Of a stretch of DNA of 64,000 nt, positions 1-9,537 are shown piece by piece; positions within the stretch are counted from its first letter, which is position 1; every line of letters begins with the position of its first letter. Location: positions 76,630 to 140,629 of the forward strand of contig WTJI01000055.1 of the NCBI GenBank assembly GCA_011524905.1, read 5' to 3'. Made by a program: the position numbers and the translations under genes. This DNA comes from Flavobacteriales bacterium. Lineage in GTDB: Bacteria > Bacteroidota > Bacteroidia > Flavobacteriales > Flavobacteriaceae. The notes beneath the pieces were generated by a model that saw only the letters and a list, made by a program, of their open reading frames with translations, made no database searches and was not told where the DNA came from.

Positions 1-383
1 ATTTCAACCTGTGTTTGTTCCCCGACCAGTTCTACTTCTTCCAGGCTATTTACTGCAATGCGGAGTCCAATAGTGCCGAGATCTTGGCTACTTCGAATGA
101 GTAATTCATCTTGTCTGTAGGTGTCAAAGCTAATGTACTCTATAGCGAGATTGTATTTTCCTGGGAAAATTTCTATATTATATTTACCCTGAGCATCAGT
201 AATGCCACCTTGCAGAAAATCGGGGCGCCGATTATTTTTTAGGGTAATGGTAGCATATTCCAAGGGTTGCCCTGTTTCCTCGTCAATTACGATACCTGAT
301 AGATTTACTTTTGCCGGCGGTCCCCCTGGACGTTGACCATAACTGATGCCTATTCCTAGCAATACTAGGTATAGAATAAATTT
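1..383 (-). CDS. Outer-membrane beta-barrel / TonB-dependent-receptor-like protein; only the N-terminal part is in the window (gene runs off the left edge)
   Basis: My own translation from ATG at 383 gives MKKKFILYLVLLGIGISYGQ (signal peptide). It continues GIVIDEETGQPLEYATITL...GKYNIEIFPGKYNLAIEYISF, a carboxypeptidase-regulatory-like fold typical of Bacteroidota receptor N-termini. The ORF is not in the track because it is truncated by the window edge. Confidence 0.6.
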
Positions 384-439
384 CTTTTTCATAGCTTTTT
401 TTGCAAATATATTTAGTTAAATATTTGGTGTGTAGGTTT

Positions 440-910
440 TTAATTTTTCTTTTTCTCTGGGTTTTTTTTACGCATTTTATTCAGTAATTCTTTTCTAAAT
501 CGATGCTCAAGATGCAGTAGTTGCAGGGTTTTTTTAGCGCCTATAATGTTTTCAATTTCAGTAAGTTTCGCATTTTTTTGATGGAGCATATTCATTTCTA
601 ATTGTTGTTGATCGCCTAATAATTCTGCTGCTTTTTTTTCAGTTAAAAAATCCAGACTATCATCCATGCGTTTGTAACGTTGATAATAGGCTTTGCGCAT
701 CGCATCTTTGAGCTGATCATATTCTCGAAACAATGGCCAAAATTTTTCTGCCTCTGCCACTTCGAGTTCCAATTCTTTGGTAAGAAATGAAATTTGATAG
801 GCCTTTACTTTTTCGTGTCTTTGTTGATGGTCTCTTTTGTGCTGTGCGGATAGATTAGTACTGAGTACAAATAGCAGGCAAAAAAGAACACTTAGTTTGT
901 TATTTTTCAT
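440..910 (-). CDS. Secreted helical Spy/CpxP-like periplasmic protein, third gene of an ECF sigma module
   Basis: 156 aa with a signal peptide (LFVLSTNLSAQ). Charged, helical and low in complexity. Its start overlaps the upstream gene's stop by 11 nt. Confidence 0.5.
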   Translation of the reverse strand: MKNNKLSVLFCLLFVLSTNLSAQHKRDHQQRHEKVKAYQISFLTKELELEVAEAEKFWPLFREYDQLKDAMRKAYYQRYKRMDDSLDFLTEKKAAELLGDQQQLEMNMLHQKNAKLTEIENIIGAKKTLQLLHLEHRFRKELLNKMRKKNPEKKKN

Positions 911-1349
911 TTTCTTCTAGTTGATTAATCCAATATGATGGAGATTCTTCGGTTAAATAGTTTATGACAGATTCATGGTCTAAATCGTAGACATTATTTT
1001 CTATGCTAAAAGGATCTTCAAGAATTCCTAACTGCTGTTCAATAAAAATATTGGCTTCGTAATCGCTTGTCAAATAGTCAGCGATTTGAGCCGATTCTAT
1101 CTCGATGAGTTCTGTTTGATTCTTGGAGTTTTCAAAGAAAAAATAACTTCCAATACAAATGAATAAAGAGGCTGCTATGGTCCACTGGTACTTGTAATGA
1201 CGCAAGGAGCGACTTTTCGTACGCTGGGGTTCGATTGCCAAAGCCTCAAAAACACGATTTTCCAAATCTGTTAAATAAGCTTTTGGAAGTGGTTTTCGTT
1301 GTAAAGGGTTTGTTCTTTTCATTTGACTTTTAGATGTTACAGGGAGCAA
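900..1349 (-). CDS. Membrane-anchored anti-sigma-like protein (single TM helix)
   Basis: 149 aa with a central hydrophobic helix (WTIAASLFICIGSYFFF). Lies 6 nt downstream of the ECF sigma gene. Start is TTG at 1349 or ATG at 1322. Confidence 0.45.
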   Translation of the reverse strand: MLPVTSKSQMKRTNPLQRKPLPKAYLTDLENRVFEALAIEPQRTKSRSLRHYKYQWTIAASLFICIGSYFFFENSKNQTELIEIESAQIADYLTSDYEANIFIEQQLGILEDPFSIENNVYDLDHESVINYLTEESPSYWINQLEENEK

Positions 1350-1354
1350 AAGGT

Positions 1355-1894
1355 TTAAAGTTGCCTTAAAATTTTTTTTAGTTTTTTTTGCGCCAAGTGA
1401 TGTAAGGCTTTGACATTGCCTAGGGAAGTTTCTAGAATGATGGCTATTTCTTTCAGTTTGAGTTTTTGTTCAAAATGCAAAGAAAAGACTAAGGCCTGTC
1501 GATGGGGCAATTGATCAAGAGCTTTTTGTAATTTTTTCTCTACTTCTGAAAGGTCAAAATAGGAATGGGCTTCCATCTGTAGGACTCTTTTTTCTCTCAC
1601 CGAATCGATAGTTCCCTGCTGGTGCTTGGCTTCTATTTTTAGGTAATTCAAAGCTTCATTGGTTGCTATGCGATACATCCAGGTGAACAGTTGGCTCTTC
1701 CCTTCAAAACCATCTATATGCCGGTAGATTTTTATAAATGTATTTTGTAGTACATCATCTGTTGCTTCATGATTGGCAACAATGGATCGAATATGGTAGT
1801 ATAGCCGCTCTTTGTACAGATCAAAAAGTATGGTAAATCCCCTCGTTTTGGTTTGAGGATTTTTGAGTAAGGCAGTAAGTTCGATTTCGGTCAA
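1355..1894 (-). CDS. ECF-type RNA polymerase sigma-70 family factor
   Basis: 179 aa. Region 2 (FTWMYRIATNEALNYLK) and region 4 HTH (LKEIAIILETSLGNVKALHHLAQKKL) motifs are present. TTG start. Confidence 0.85.
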   Translation of the reverse strand: MTEIELTALLKNPQTKTRGFTILFDLYKERLYYHIRSIVANHEATDDVLQNTFIKIYRHIDGFEGKSQLFTWMYRIATNEALNYLKIEAKHQQGTIDSVREKRVLQMEAHSYFDLSEVEKKLQKALDQLPHRQALVFSLHFEQKLKLKEIAIILETSLGNVKALHHLAQKKLKKILRQL

Positions 1895-1938
1895 GAAGGG
1901 ATATATTTCACATTGGACTGATATCTCACTACGAAGGT

Positions 1939-2301
1939 TTAAACGGCATCGATTTTTTCTAAAAATTCAACCAAGTGGTCTAAGGGTCTTGCCAACACTC
2001 CAAGTTGGTCTTGAATGACAATAGGCCTTTCGATCAATTTAGGATGTTCGGCCAATATGTCAAGAAGAAGTTTTTCTGATAGTTGTTTACCCTTATAGTC
2101 AGATTTCCATAACGCCTCTTGTGTCCGCACCATTTCTGAGGGCTTTTTACCAATCGACGCAAAGATTTTTTGCCATTGTTGTGGGCTAAGTGGTGTTTTG
2201 AGGTATTCGATTACCTCTGGTCTCAACCCTTTTTCTAATAAATAGTTTAATCCCTCTCTAGACTTGCGACAACGGTTGTTGTGGTATATTGTTATTTGCA
2301 T
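1939..2301 (-). CDS. ArsC/Spx-family (arsenate reductase-like) protein
   Basis: 120 aa. N-terminal ITIYHNNRCRKSREGL matches the ArsC-family HNxxCxxSR motif. Confidence 0.7.
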   Translation of the reverse strand: MQITIYHNNRCRKSREGLNYLLEKGLRPEVIEYLKTPLSPQQWQKIFASIGKKPSEMVRTQEALWKSDYKGKQLSEKLLLDILAEHPKLIERPIVIQDQLGVLARPLDHLVEFLEKIDAV

Positions 2302-2308
2302 AGTTAAA

Positions 2309-2336
2309 AATAAAAAAACCTGCCGAAGCAGGTTTT
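2309..2336 (-). terminator. Rho-independent terminator of the thrS-infC-rpmI-rplT unit
   Basis: Minus-strand RNA reads AAAACCUGC-UUCG-GCAGGUUUU followed by a U run, 20 nt after the rplT stop. Confidence 0.75.
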
Positions 2337-2356
2337 ACGAGTAGTAAGGGGATTAT

Positions 2357-2701
2357 TTATTTGATTTTATCTACTATGGCTTTGAAGGCATCAGGGTGAT
2401 TCATGGCTAGGTCGGCCAAAACTTTTCGATTTAGATCGATATTATTGGCTTTAACTTTTCCCATGAACTGGCTGTAGGACATACCATGAAGTCTTGCACC
2501 AGCATTGATGCGGGCAATCCATAAAGCCCGAAAATTTCTTTTTTTGACCCGACGGTCGCGGTAGGCGTAGCTCATCGCTTTGTCAACCGCATTTTTAGCT
2601 ACTGTCCACACATTCTTTCTGCGTCCAAAGTAGCCTTTGGCTTGTTTGAGAACTTTTTTACGTCGCGCTCTTGAGGCGACTGAGTTTACTGATCTTGGCA
2701 T
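2357..2701 (-). CDS. rplT: 50S ribosomal protein L20
   Basis: 114 aa, [30 protein letters not shown]. Canonical L20 sequence, in an infC-rpmI-rplT context. Confidence 0.95.
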   Translation of the reverse strand: MPRSVNSVASRARRKKVLKQAKGYFGRRKNVWTVAKNAVDKAMSYAYRDRRVKKRNFRALWIARINAGARLHGMSYSQFMGKVKANNIDLNRKVLADLAMNHPDAFKAIVDKIK

Positions 2702-2789
2702 TTTTTTACGTTTTTTTGATAGTGGCGGTCCAAAGACACTTTATGTAGAGCCGACTAACAGGGTTTAACAATGATTTAACCGTTGCAAT

Positions 2790-2987
2790 TTATTTTAATC
2801 GCAATTGTTCTTTGATGCTGTTCACGTCACTTTCATGAACCAATCCTGTGTGCGTTAGTTTGAGCTTTCGCTTTTTGGATTTTTTGGTCAAAATGTGGCT
2901 TTTGAACGCATGCTTTCTTTTGATTTTACCAGAGCCTGTCAGCTTAAAACGCTTTTTGGCACTGGATTTTGTTTTCATCTTTGGCAT
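2790..2987 (-). CDS. rpmI: 50S ribosomal protein L35
   Basis: 65 aa, [31 protein letters not shown]. Confidence 0.95.
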   Translation of the reverse strand: MPKMKTKSSAKKRFKLTGSGKIKRKHAFKSHILTKKSKKRKLKLTHTGLVHESDVNSIKEQLRLK

Positions 2988-3016
2988 GATGTTCTATAAT
3001 TGATTACTACTCGTTC

Positions 3017-3568
3017 TTACTTTTTAGGCGCAATGAACATAATCATGCGCTTTCCTTCTAATTTAGGTAGTTGTTCTACCTTTCCATATTCTTCCAAATC
3101 CTGTGCTAAACGGAGCAGCAGTATTTGTCCTTGTTCTTTGAACACGATAGACCTTCCTTTGAAAAAAACAAAGGCCTTTAACTTAGATCCTTCGGTCAAA
3201 AATTTGATGGCATGTTTTTTCTTAAACTCATAGTCATGCTCATCTGTTTGCGGTCCGAAGCGAATCTCTTTGATGACTACTTTTGTAGCTTTTGATTTGA
3301 GGGCTTTGTCACGTTTTTTTTGTTCGTATAAGAACTTTTTATACTCTAAAATTTTACAAACAGGCGGAACAGCCTTAGGAGATATTTCCACCAAGTCTAA
3401 CTCCATTTCACGGGCAACAGCGAGAGCTTTGTTGAGTTTGTAAACACCAACTTCAACATTGTCACCAACCAAGCGTACTTCATGTGCGGTGATTTTTTCG
3501 TTAATCCGGTGCGGATCTTCTTTAATGATGCGCCCAGGTCGGTTGGTTCTTCTTCTACGTATTGCTAT
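3017..3568 (-). CDS. infC: Translation initiation factor IF-3, predicted non-canonical (AUA/AUU-class) start
   Basis: The track ORF starts at TTG 3472, inside the conserved N-terminal domain. The same frame is open back to a TGA at 3572-3574 and encodes [37 protein letters not shown]. No ATG/GTG/TTG lies upstream of the conserved RINEKI motif. Confidence 0.8.
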   Translation of the reverse strand: MAIRRRRTNRPGRIIKEDPHRINEKITAHEVRLVGDNVEVGVYKLNKALAVAREMELDLVEISPKAVPPVCKILEYKKFLYEQKKRDKALKSKATKVVIKEIRFGPQTDEHDYEFKKKHAIKFLTEGSKLKAFVFFKGRSIVFKEQGQILLLRLAQDLEEYGKVEQLPKLEGKRMIMFIAPKK

Positions 3569-3584
3569 AACTCAAAATTTTTAA

Positions 3585-5531
3585 TTACACTTCAAAGGTA
3601 GAAATACTTTCCGATATTTCTTCTTGTACTTTTTCGATCAAGCTTTCAATTGAAAGCGTACCTAAATCTCCCTCTTTATGTTTACGTACCGCTACATTTT
3701 CGTTGGCGGCTTCTTGTTCACCAACAATGAGCATAAATGGGATTTTATTTAATTCGGCTTCCCGAATTTTCTTTCCAATGGTCTCATTACGGTTGTCCAA
3801 GAGGGCGCGAATTTCGTTATTTTCTAGGATATTTAAAACTTTCTTTGCGTATTTTTCATGTTTTTCACTAACACAGAGTATGCTGACTTGCTGTGGACTT
3901 AACCAAAGTGGGAAATCCCCCGCAGTATGTTCAAGTAAGATCGCCACGAAGCGCTCCATACTTCCAAAGGGCGCTCTGTGTATCATTACAGGACGGTGAA
4001 GGTCATTGTCGCTCCCTTTATAGGTTAGGTCAAAACGCTCAGGTAAATTATAATCTACCTGTATGGTACCCAGTTGCCACTTTCTTCCCAGCGCATCACG
4101 AACCATGAAGTCAAGTTTTGGCCCATAGAAGGCCGCTTCGCCCTCTTCAATTACATAATTCAGATTTTTTTCACGGGTCGCATTGATAATTGCTGACTCT
4201 GCCAACTCCCATTGTTTACTATCTCCAATGTATTTTTCAGGTTTGTTGGGGTCCCGAACAGATACTTGTGCAACAAAATCTTCAAATCCTAAGGATCCAA
4301 AAACATATAATACAAGATCAATGACCTTTTTGAATTCTGAATCTAGTTGCTCAGGCATGCAAAAGATATGGGCATCGTCCTGTGTAAAACCTCTAACACG
4401 GGTTAGTCCATGTAATTCACCACTTTGTTCGTATCTATAAACAGTTCCAAATTCTGCATAGCGTTTGGGTAGTTCTCTATAGCTCCAAGGGCGGGCTTTA
4501 TAAATTTCACAGTGGTGTGGACAATTCATGGGTTTTAACAAGAAAGTCTCTCCATCAACGGGTGTTTCTATAGGCTGAAAACTATCGGCACCATACTTTT
4601 CATAATGTCCCGATGTTACATAGAGTTCCTTATTTCCGATATGAGGTGATATCACTTGTTCATATCCCGCTTTGCGCTGTGCTTCTTTCAGAAAATTTTC
4701 TAGACGTTCTCTTAAGGCTGTTCCTTTGGGGAGCCAGAGGGGAAGTCCCTGACCTACTTTCTGCGAAAAAGTGAATAATTCTAATTCTTTACCTAGCTTG
4801 CGGTGATCTCTTTTTTTAGCTTCTTCAACACTATGTAGATATTCGGTCAACTCTTTTTGTTTGGGAAAAGAGATGCCATAAATGCGGGTCAGTTGTGTCT
4901 TGTTTTCATCACCACGCCAGTAGGCGCCTGCTACATTAAGGAGCTTGACAGCTTTCACAAAGCCTGTGTGGGGGATATGCCCACCTCGACATAAATCAGA
5001 AAAATCAGCATGATCACAAAAGGTAATCGTACCGTCCTCTAGATTCTCAATCAGTTCAATTTTGTAGGGATTGTTTTCTTTTTGATAGAAACCCAGTGCT
5101 TCTTCTTTAGTGGCCGAACGCATTTGAAAAGTAAATTTCTGACGAGCAAACTCCAAAAACTTTTTTTCTAGTGCCACCAAGTCTTTTTCCGTAATAGTTG
5201 TTTCTCCAAAGTCGGTGTCGTAGTAAAAACCATTTTCAATAGCAGGGCCAATGGTTAGTTTAGCATGGGGGTATAAGGCCAAAATTGCTTGTGCTAGGAT
5301 ATGCGCTGAAGAATGCCAAAAGGCAGTTTGTCCCTCTGGATCTTTCCAGGTAAAGAGCTTGAGCTCCCCGTCTTGGGTTAGTGGGGTAGCTGTTTCTACA
5401 GTTTGTTTGTTAAATTGTGCCGATAAAACATTGCGCGCCAGCCCTTCGCTGATGCTCTGTGCCACTTCCATTACTGTGGTACCTTTGGCAAACTCTCGGA
5501 CACTTTGGTCAGGAAAACGGATTGCTATCAT
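3585..5531 (-). CDS. thrS: Threonine--tRNA ligase
   Basis: 648 aa with TGS, editing and class II catalytic core regions (FWHSSAHILA, MNCPHH, RVRGFTQDDAHIF) and an anticodon-binding C-terminus. Confidence 0.97.
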   Translation of the reverse strand: MIAIRFPDQSVREFAKGTTVMEVAQSISEGLARNVLSAQFNKQTVETATPLTQDGELKLFTWKDPEGQTAFWHSSAHILAQAILALYPHAKLTIGPAIENGFYYDTDFGETTITEKDLVALEKKFLEFARQKFTFQMRSATKEEALGFYQKENNPYKIELIENLEDGTITFCDHADFSDLCRGGHIPHTGFVKAVKLLNVAGAYWRGDENKTQLTRIYGISFPKQKELTEYLHSVEEAKKRDHRKLGKELELFTFSQKVGQGLPLWLPKGTALRERLENFLKEAQRKAGYEQVISPHIGNKELYVTSGHYEKYGADSFQPIETPVDGETFLLKPMNCPHHCEIYKARPWSYRELPKRYAEFGTVYRYEQSGELHGLTRVRGFTQDDAHIFCMPEQLDSEFKKVIDLVLYVFGSLGFEDFVAQVSVRDPNKPEKYIGDSKQWELAESAIINATREKNLNYVIEEGEAAFYGPKLDFMVRDALGRKWQLGTIQVDYNLPERFDLTYKGSDNDLHRPVMIHRAPFGSMERFVAILLEHTAGDFPLWLSPQQVSILCVSEKHEKYAKKVLNILENNEIRALLDNRNETIGKKIREAELNKIPFMLIVGEQEAANENVAVRKHKEGDLGTLSIESLIEKVQEEISESISTFEV

Positions 5532-5550
5532 AGATTCGTTTACAACGCCG

Positions 5551-5558
5551 CAAAGATA
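5551..5558 (-). promoter_or_regulatory. Bacteroidota -7 promoter box (TATCTTTG) for thrS
   Basis: Plus strand CAAAGATA is TAnnTTTG on the minus strand. It lies 19 nt upstream of the thrS ATG. Confidence 0.5.
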
Positions 5559-5590
5559 GGGCTTCCCTTGGGCTTAACCAACCAATTCTT

Positions 5591-5824
5591 TTATCCCTTT
5601 TTTTGTTTTTTTGGTCCCAACAATCCATTGGTCAAGCTACGGATACCCTTAAAACCATAACCTAAGGCTAGTAAACAAAGTAGTAGTCCTAAAATAAGAA
5701 CAGGTAAGTAAAAAGGGTGGTCTTCATTTTTAAAGGCTTGATAAATAACTACAGGCCCCACAAAAGCCAGGGTAATAAACAGGCCCATGCGACGTAATCC
5801 TTTTCTCAGTTCTATAAGATCCAT
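5591..5824 (-). CDS. Small membrane protein of unknown function (two TM helices)
   Basis: 77 aa with two hydrophobic helices and a basic tail. Confidence 0.45.
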   Translation of the reverse strand: MDLIELRKGLRRMGLFITLAFVGPVVIYQAFKNEDHPFYLPVLILGLLLCLLALGYGFKGIRSLTNGLLGPKKQKKG

Positions 5825-5979
5825 ACTTTAAAAATACAATACTTTGGCTTTTTTGAGGAAAAGTCCTCCTCTTGATATTTTAATTTATGATTGGGGAGTT
5901 TGTTGAATTTACATCCCTTCTTCGAAGTTGGTGCCTAATTAAAAACCAATTCCAATGCATCTGTTCTTGCTCAATTTTT

Positions 5980-6810
5980 TTAGGAGCGTTTTTTAATTGT
6001 TGATTGATGCCCGACAATGGCATTACGAACGCTGCCGTATTCTTCCAATAAATTTTGTGCCTGCTCTTTACTAACCCCTGCTTTTTCTTGAATAATTGAT
6101 AAGGCTCTTTGGCGGAGCTTGGCATTACTCAATTGGAGGTCTACCATCTTATTGCCTTGTACGTGCCCCAATCGGATCATAGCAGCAGTAGAGATCATAT
6201 TGAGTACCATTTTTTGGGCTGTTCCTGCTTTCATACGCGAACTACCCGTAACAAATTCTGGACCTACAACTATTTCTATGGGATAATCAGCTACTTGGGT
6301 GAGGGGTGCACCAGGGTTACAGCAAATACAGGCTGTTGGAATTTGATGCAATTGACAGTTTTTTAAAGCGTGAATGACATAAGGAGTTGTTCCCGAAGCC
6401 GCTATGCCTAAAACGAAATCTTTTTTGGAAATCTGGTGCTTTTGTAAATCTTCCCATCCCAAAAGAATAGAGTCCTCTGCATTTTCAACGGCTCGGTGAA
6501 TGGCTTTTTCACCACCAGCAATGAGTCCTACAACACGACCTGGATCTGTACCGAAAGTTGGGGGGCATTCCGAGGCGTCGAGAATACCTAAGCGACCACT
6601 CGTTCCAGCACCCATATAAAATAAGCGACCACCTAGTTCCATTTGAGCGACTACTTTTTCTATTAAATGGGTGATTTGTGGCAACACTTTTCCGACGGCA
6701 ATGGCTACTTTTTGGTCTTCGTTATGAATGGCACTGACCAAATCTGCCACGCTATAATTTTCTAAGCCATCGTAGAGTGAATCCTGTTCAGTAATTTTTT
6801 CAAATCCCAT
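5980..6810 (-). CDS. murQ: N-acetylmuramic acid 6-phosphate etherase (SIS domain)
   Basis: 276 aa. GRLFYMGAGTSGRLGILDASECPPTFG and GIAASGTTPYV are MurQ-type SIS motifs. Confidence 0.9.
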   Translation of the reverse strand: MGFEKITEQDSLYDGLENYSVADLVSAIHNEDQKVAIAVGKVLPQITHLIEKVVAQMELGGRLFYMGAGTSGRLGILDASECPPTFGTDPGRVVGLIAGGEKAIHRAVENAEDSILLGWEDLQKHQISKKDFVLGIAASGTTPYVIHALKNCQLHQIPTACICCNPGAPLTQVADYPIEIVVGPEFVTGSSRMKAGTAQKMVLNMISTAAMIRLGHVQGNKMVDLQLSNAKLRQRALSIIQEKAGVSKEQAQNLLEEYGSVRNAIVGHQSTIKKRS

Positions 6811-6860
6811 ATTTAAAAATACGAATTAAGCAGTTTGTAGGTGTAGGAATTGAAATTAAC

Positions 6861-6890
6861 AAAAAAAAAGGCTACCGAAGTAGCCTTTTT
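6861..6890 (-). terminator. Rho-independent terminator after icd
   Basis: Minus-strand RNA reads AAAGGCUAC-UUCG-GUAGCCUUU plus a U run, directly after the icd stop. Confidence 0.75.
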
Positions 6891-6892
6891 TA

Positions 6893-8119
6893 TCAATTGA
6901 GTTTGGCGTCTAAATTTTCTTTTAGTGCATCCAAGAAACCTTGGGTAGTAAGGTAGTGGGATTCATTCATATTTTTCTCATGAATCAATAAAGCCAAGTC
7001 TTTGGTCATTTTTCCACTTTCAACGGTTTCAATACAAACTTTTTCTAGTGTATGGCAAAAATCTATTAGTGCTTGATTGTTGTCTAATTTACCGCGATGG
7101 GCCAAACCTCGTGTCCATGCAAAAATAGAAGCGATTGGATTGGTTGATGTAGCTTTGCCTTGTTGATGTTGGCGGAAGTGGCGCGTAACTGTACCGTGAG
7201 CTGCTTCAGCTTCCATCGTTTTTCCGTCAGGGGTGACTAGGGTAGAAGTCATCAATCCGAGAGAGCCAAAACCTTGGGCGACCGTATCAGACTGAACATC
7301 TCCATCGTAATTCTTACATGCCCAAACAAAACCACCATTCCATTTCATGGCAGCAGCAACCATATCGTCAATCAAGCGGTGTTCATAGGTGATTCCTGCT
7401 GCTTCAAAACGATCTTTAAATTCTTTATCAAATACTTCCTGGAAAATATCCTTGAAGCGACCGTCGTAAGCTTTCATAATGGTATTTTTTGTAGACAAAT
7501 ACAAAGGCCAGCCCTTGTCCAAAGCGCGATTCATACAAGAACGAGCAAATCCATAAATGGAGGAATCGATATTGTACATACTCATGGCGACGCCATCTTC
7601 TTGGAAGTTATATACTTCCCAGGTTTGAGGCTCGCTACCGTCTTCTGGTGTAAAGGTCATGCTTAGCTTACCTTTACCTTTAGTGATGATGTCTGTAGCT
7701 TTATATTGGTCTCCGAAGGCATGACGGCCGATACAAATAGGTTTGGTCCAGCCCTGAACGTAGCGGGGTACGTTGCTCATGATAATCGGTTCTCTGAACA
7801 CAGTACCTCCAACAATGTTACGGATGGTTCCATTGGGCGATCGATACATACGATTGAGTTTAAATTCCTCTACACGTCCTTCATCTGGAGTGATGGTAGC
7901 ACATTTAATACCAACATGGTATTTTTTTATAGCCTCAGCTGCATCTATCGTGATTTGATCATCTGTTGCATCGCGACTCTCGATGCCTAAATCGTAGTAT
8001 AAGAGTTCCACATCTAGATAGGGTAGGATAAGCTGTTCTTTGATAAATTTCCAGATAATGCGAGTCATTTCATCTCCATCCATTTCTACGACTGGGTTCG
8101 CAACTTTTATCTTTGACAT
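6893..8119 (-). CDS. icd: NADP-dependent isocitrate dehydrogenase, eukaryote-like homodimeric type
   Basis: 408 aa. [23 protein letters not shown]... and the overall length match the IDH1/2-like subfamily. Confidence 0.93.
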   Translation of the reverse strand: MSKIKVANPVVEMDGDEMTRIIWKFIKEQLILPYLDVELLYYDLGIESRDATDDQITIDAAEAIKKYHVGIKCATITPDEGRVEEFKLNRMYRSPNGTIRNIVGGTVFREPIIMSNVPRYVQGWTKPICIGRHAFGDQYKATDIITKGKGKLSMTFTPEDGSEPQTWEVYNFQEDGVAMSMYNIDSSIYGFARSCMNRALDKGWPLYLSTKNTIMKAYDGRFKDIFQEVFDKEFKDRFEAAGITYEHRLIDDMVAAAMKWNGGFVWACKNYDGDVQSDTVAQGFGSLGLMTSTLVTPDGKTMEAEAAHGTVTRHFRQHQQGKATSTNPIASIFAWTRGLAHRGKLDNNQALIDFCHTLEKVCIETVESGKMTKDLALLIHEKNMNESHYLTTQGFLDALKENLDAKLN

Positions 8120-8183
8120 ATTTATATAATTTGGTTTCGGTTTAAATATACAATCTAAATAAAAATCTTTTTTTGACTAGGGG

Positions 8184-8212
8184 TCAAAAAAAAGATTGCC
8201 GAAGCAATCTTT
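8184..8212 (-). terminator. Rho-independent terminator after rplS
   Basis: Minus-strand RNA reads AAAGAUUGC-UUCG-GCAAUCUUU plus a U run. Confidence 0.7.
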
Positions 8213-8220
8213 TTGTAATT

Positions 8221-8571
8221 CTATAGTCGAGCTTCTTTTATACGGGCTTTTTTACCACGAAGCTGTTTGAAGTAATATATACGAGAACGACGTACTTTTC
8301 CCCGACTATTAACTTCAATTTTTTGAAGGGCAGGCATATTAATGGGAAAAATTCTTTCAACCCCGATAGTACCTGACATTTTACGTATCGTAAATGTTTT
8401 GGAGAGTCCGGTGCCTTTTACTTGAATAACAACACCCTTAAAAAACTGAGTTCTTACTTTGTCTCCTTCTCGGATTTCGTAAAAAACAGTTAGGGTATCT
8501 CCACTAGAAAATTCTGGGAATTCTTTTTTCTCGATGAATTGATCTTGAACGTAGCTGATTAATTGTTCCAT
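8221..8571 (-). CDS. rplS: 50S ribosomal protein L19
   Basis: 116 aa, FSSGDTLTVFYEIREGDKVRTQFFKGVVIQ...RRSRIYY. Confidence 0.95.
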   Translation of the reverse strand: MEQLISYVQDQFIEKKEFPEFSSGDTLTVFYEIREGDKVRTQFFKGVVIQVKGTGLSKTFTIRKMSGTIGVERIFPINMPALQKIEVNSRGKVRRSRIYYFKQLRGKKARIKEARL

Positions 8572-8635
8572 GCTCGTTGTGTTTGGTTGCTGCAGGGAAC
8601 ATACACGGCTATCGTCAGTGGTTCCTTTGCGGGTG

Positions 8636-8643
8636 CAAAAATA
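8636..8643 (-). promoter_or_regulatory. Bacteroidota -7 promoter box (TATTTTTG) for rplS
   Basis: Plus strand CAAAAATA, giving a leader of roughly 60 nt before the rplS ATG. Confidence 0.45.
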
Positions 8644-8681
8644 CGCTTTTTGATTATAATTCCAATTTATTTTAAATAAGA

Positions 8682-8704
8682 AATGTACAGAGAGCTGTTA
8701 CATT
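8682..8704 (-). terminator. Possible terminator hairpin after trmD
   Basis: AAUGUAACAG-CUCU-CUGUACAUU (one bulge) followed by a U-rich tract, within the 284-bp trmD-rplS spacer. Confidence 0.35.
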
Positions 8705-8855
8705 TATCTATTTGGATGTTATGTACGTTGAATGACAATAACTAAACACAAGGTTATTATGACTTCGCCTAGTACCTATTGAAATATTTATTATTGTTTT
8801 AGTTTTTTTTGATATGCCTCAATTGTTCAAAGCCATGCCCACGCATCGAATCAAT

Positions 8856-9533
8856 CTAGTCGTTTAATAAATCAGGTCTGAGATGCTGTGTTCGTTCTTG
8901 TGCTTTTTGGATTCGCCAAGCGTCAATGGCAGGGGTGTTACCTGAAGATAAAATTTCAGGAATTTTCCAGCCTTTGTAATCAGCTGGACGGGTGTAAATA
9001 GGTGGGGCGAGCAGATTGTCTTGAAAGCTGTCGGTGAGCGCAGAAGACTCATCACCCAACACCCCAGGGATTAAACGAATAATACTATCACAAAAAACGG
9101 CTGCAGCAAGTTCACCACCCGATAATACAAAATCACCAATTGAAATTTCATGGGTCACCAAATGATCTCGAACCCGCTGGTCGACCCCTTTGTAATGACC
9201 GCATAAAATGATGATGTTTTCCATTAACGAACACTTATTGGCTAATTTTTGATTGAGTCGTTCCCCATCTGGGGTCATATAAATGACAGCATCATAGTTT
9301 CTCTCGGCTTTGAGATCTTGTAAACACCTGTCGATGGGTTCGATCATCATGACCATACCAGCTCCTCCACCATAGGGGTAGTCATCTACTTGTCCATATT
9401 TATTGAGACCATATTGGCGCAGATCGTGAAGATGTATTGAGACCGAACTATTTTCTTGTGCCCTTTTGACAATGGAAGCCGAAAAAGGACTGACTAATAA
9501 TTCAGGCAATAGAGTGATAATATCTATTCGCAT
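8856..9533 (-). CDS. trmD: tRNA (guanine37-N1)-methyltransferase
   Basis: 225 aa, [11 protein letters not shown]...[13 protein letters not shown]...[10 protein letters not shown]. Canonical TrmD motifs. Confidence 0.95.
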   Translation of the reverse strand: MRIDIITLLPELLVSPFSASIVKRAQENSSVSIHLHDLRQYGLNKYGQVDDYPYGGGAGMVMMIEPIDRCLQDLKAERNYDAVIYMTPDGERLNQKLANKCSLMENIIILCGHYKGVDQRVRDHLVTHEISIGDFVLSGGELAAAVFCDSIIRLIPGVLGDESSALTDSFQDNLLAPPIYTRPADYKGWKIPEILSSGNTPAIDAWRIQKAQERTQHLRPDLLND

Positions 9534-9537
9534 ATTG

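Noticed and set aside
5880-6125. An 81-aa ORF overlaps the 3' end of murQ in another frame. Similar alternate-frame ORFs occur at 12272-12460, 18197-18481, 21826-22068, 30100-30324 and 60785-61069.
   Set aside because: They overlap confidently called genes on the same strand in another frame. They lack motifs and show no independent signals.
7274-7666. Long antisense ORFs lie inside well-supported genes. Examples are 7274-7666 and 7706-7990 in icd, 5251-5559 and 3703-4440 in thrS, 51390-51767 in rnz, 55215-55711 in ppx, 38999-39310 in msrB and 58119-58439 in dnaX.
   Set aside because: Each lies wholly inside a CDS whose translation has clear family motifs. Their own translations are low-complexity or Cys/Ser/Phe-rich with no recognisable motif. 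Such shadow ORFs are expected opposite coding sequence.
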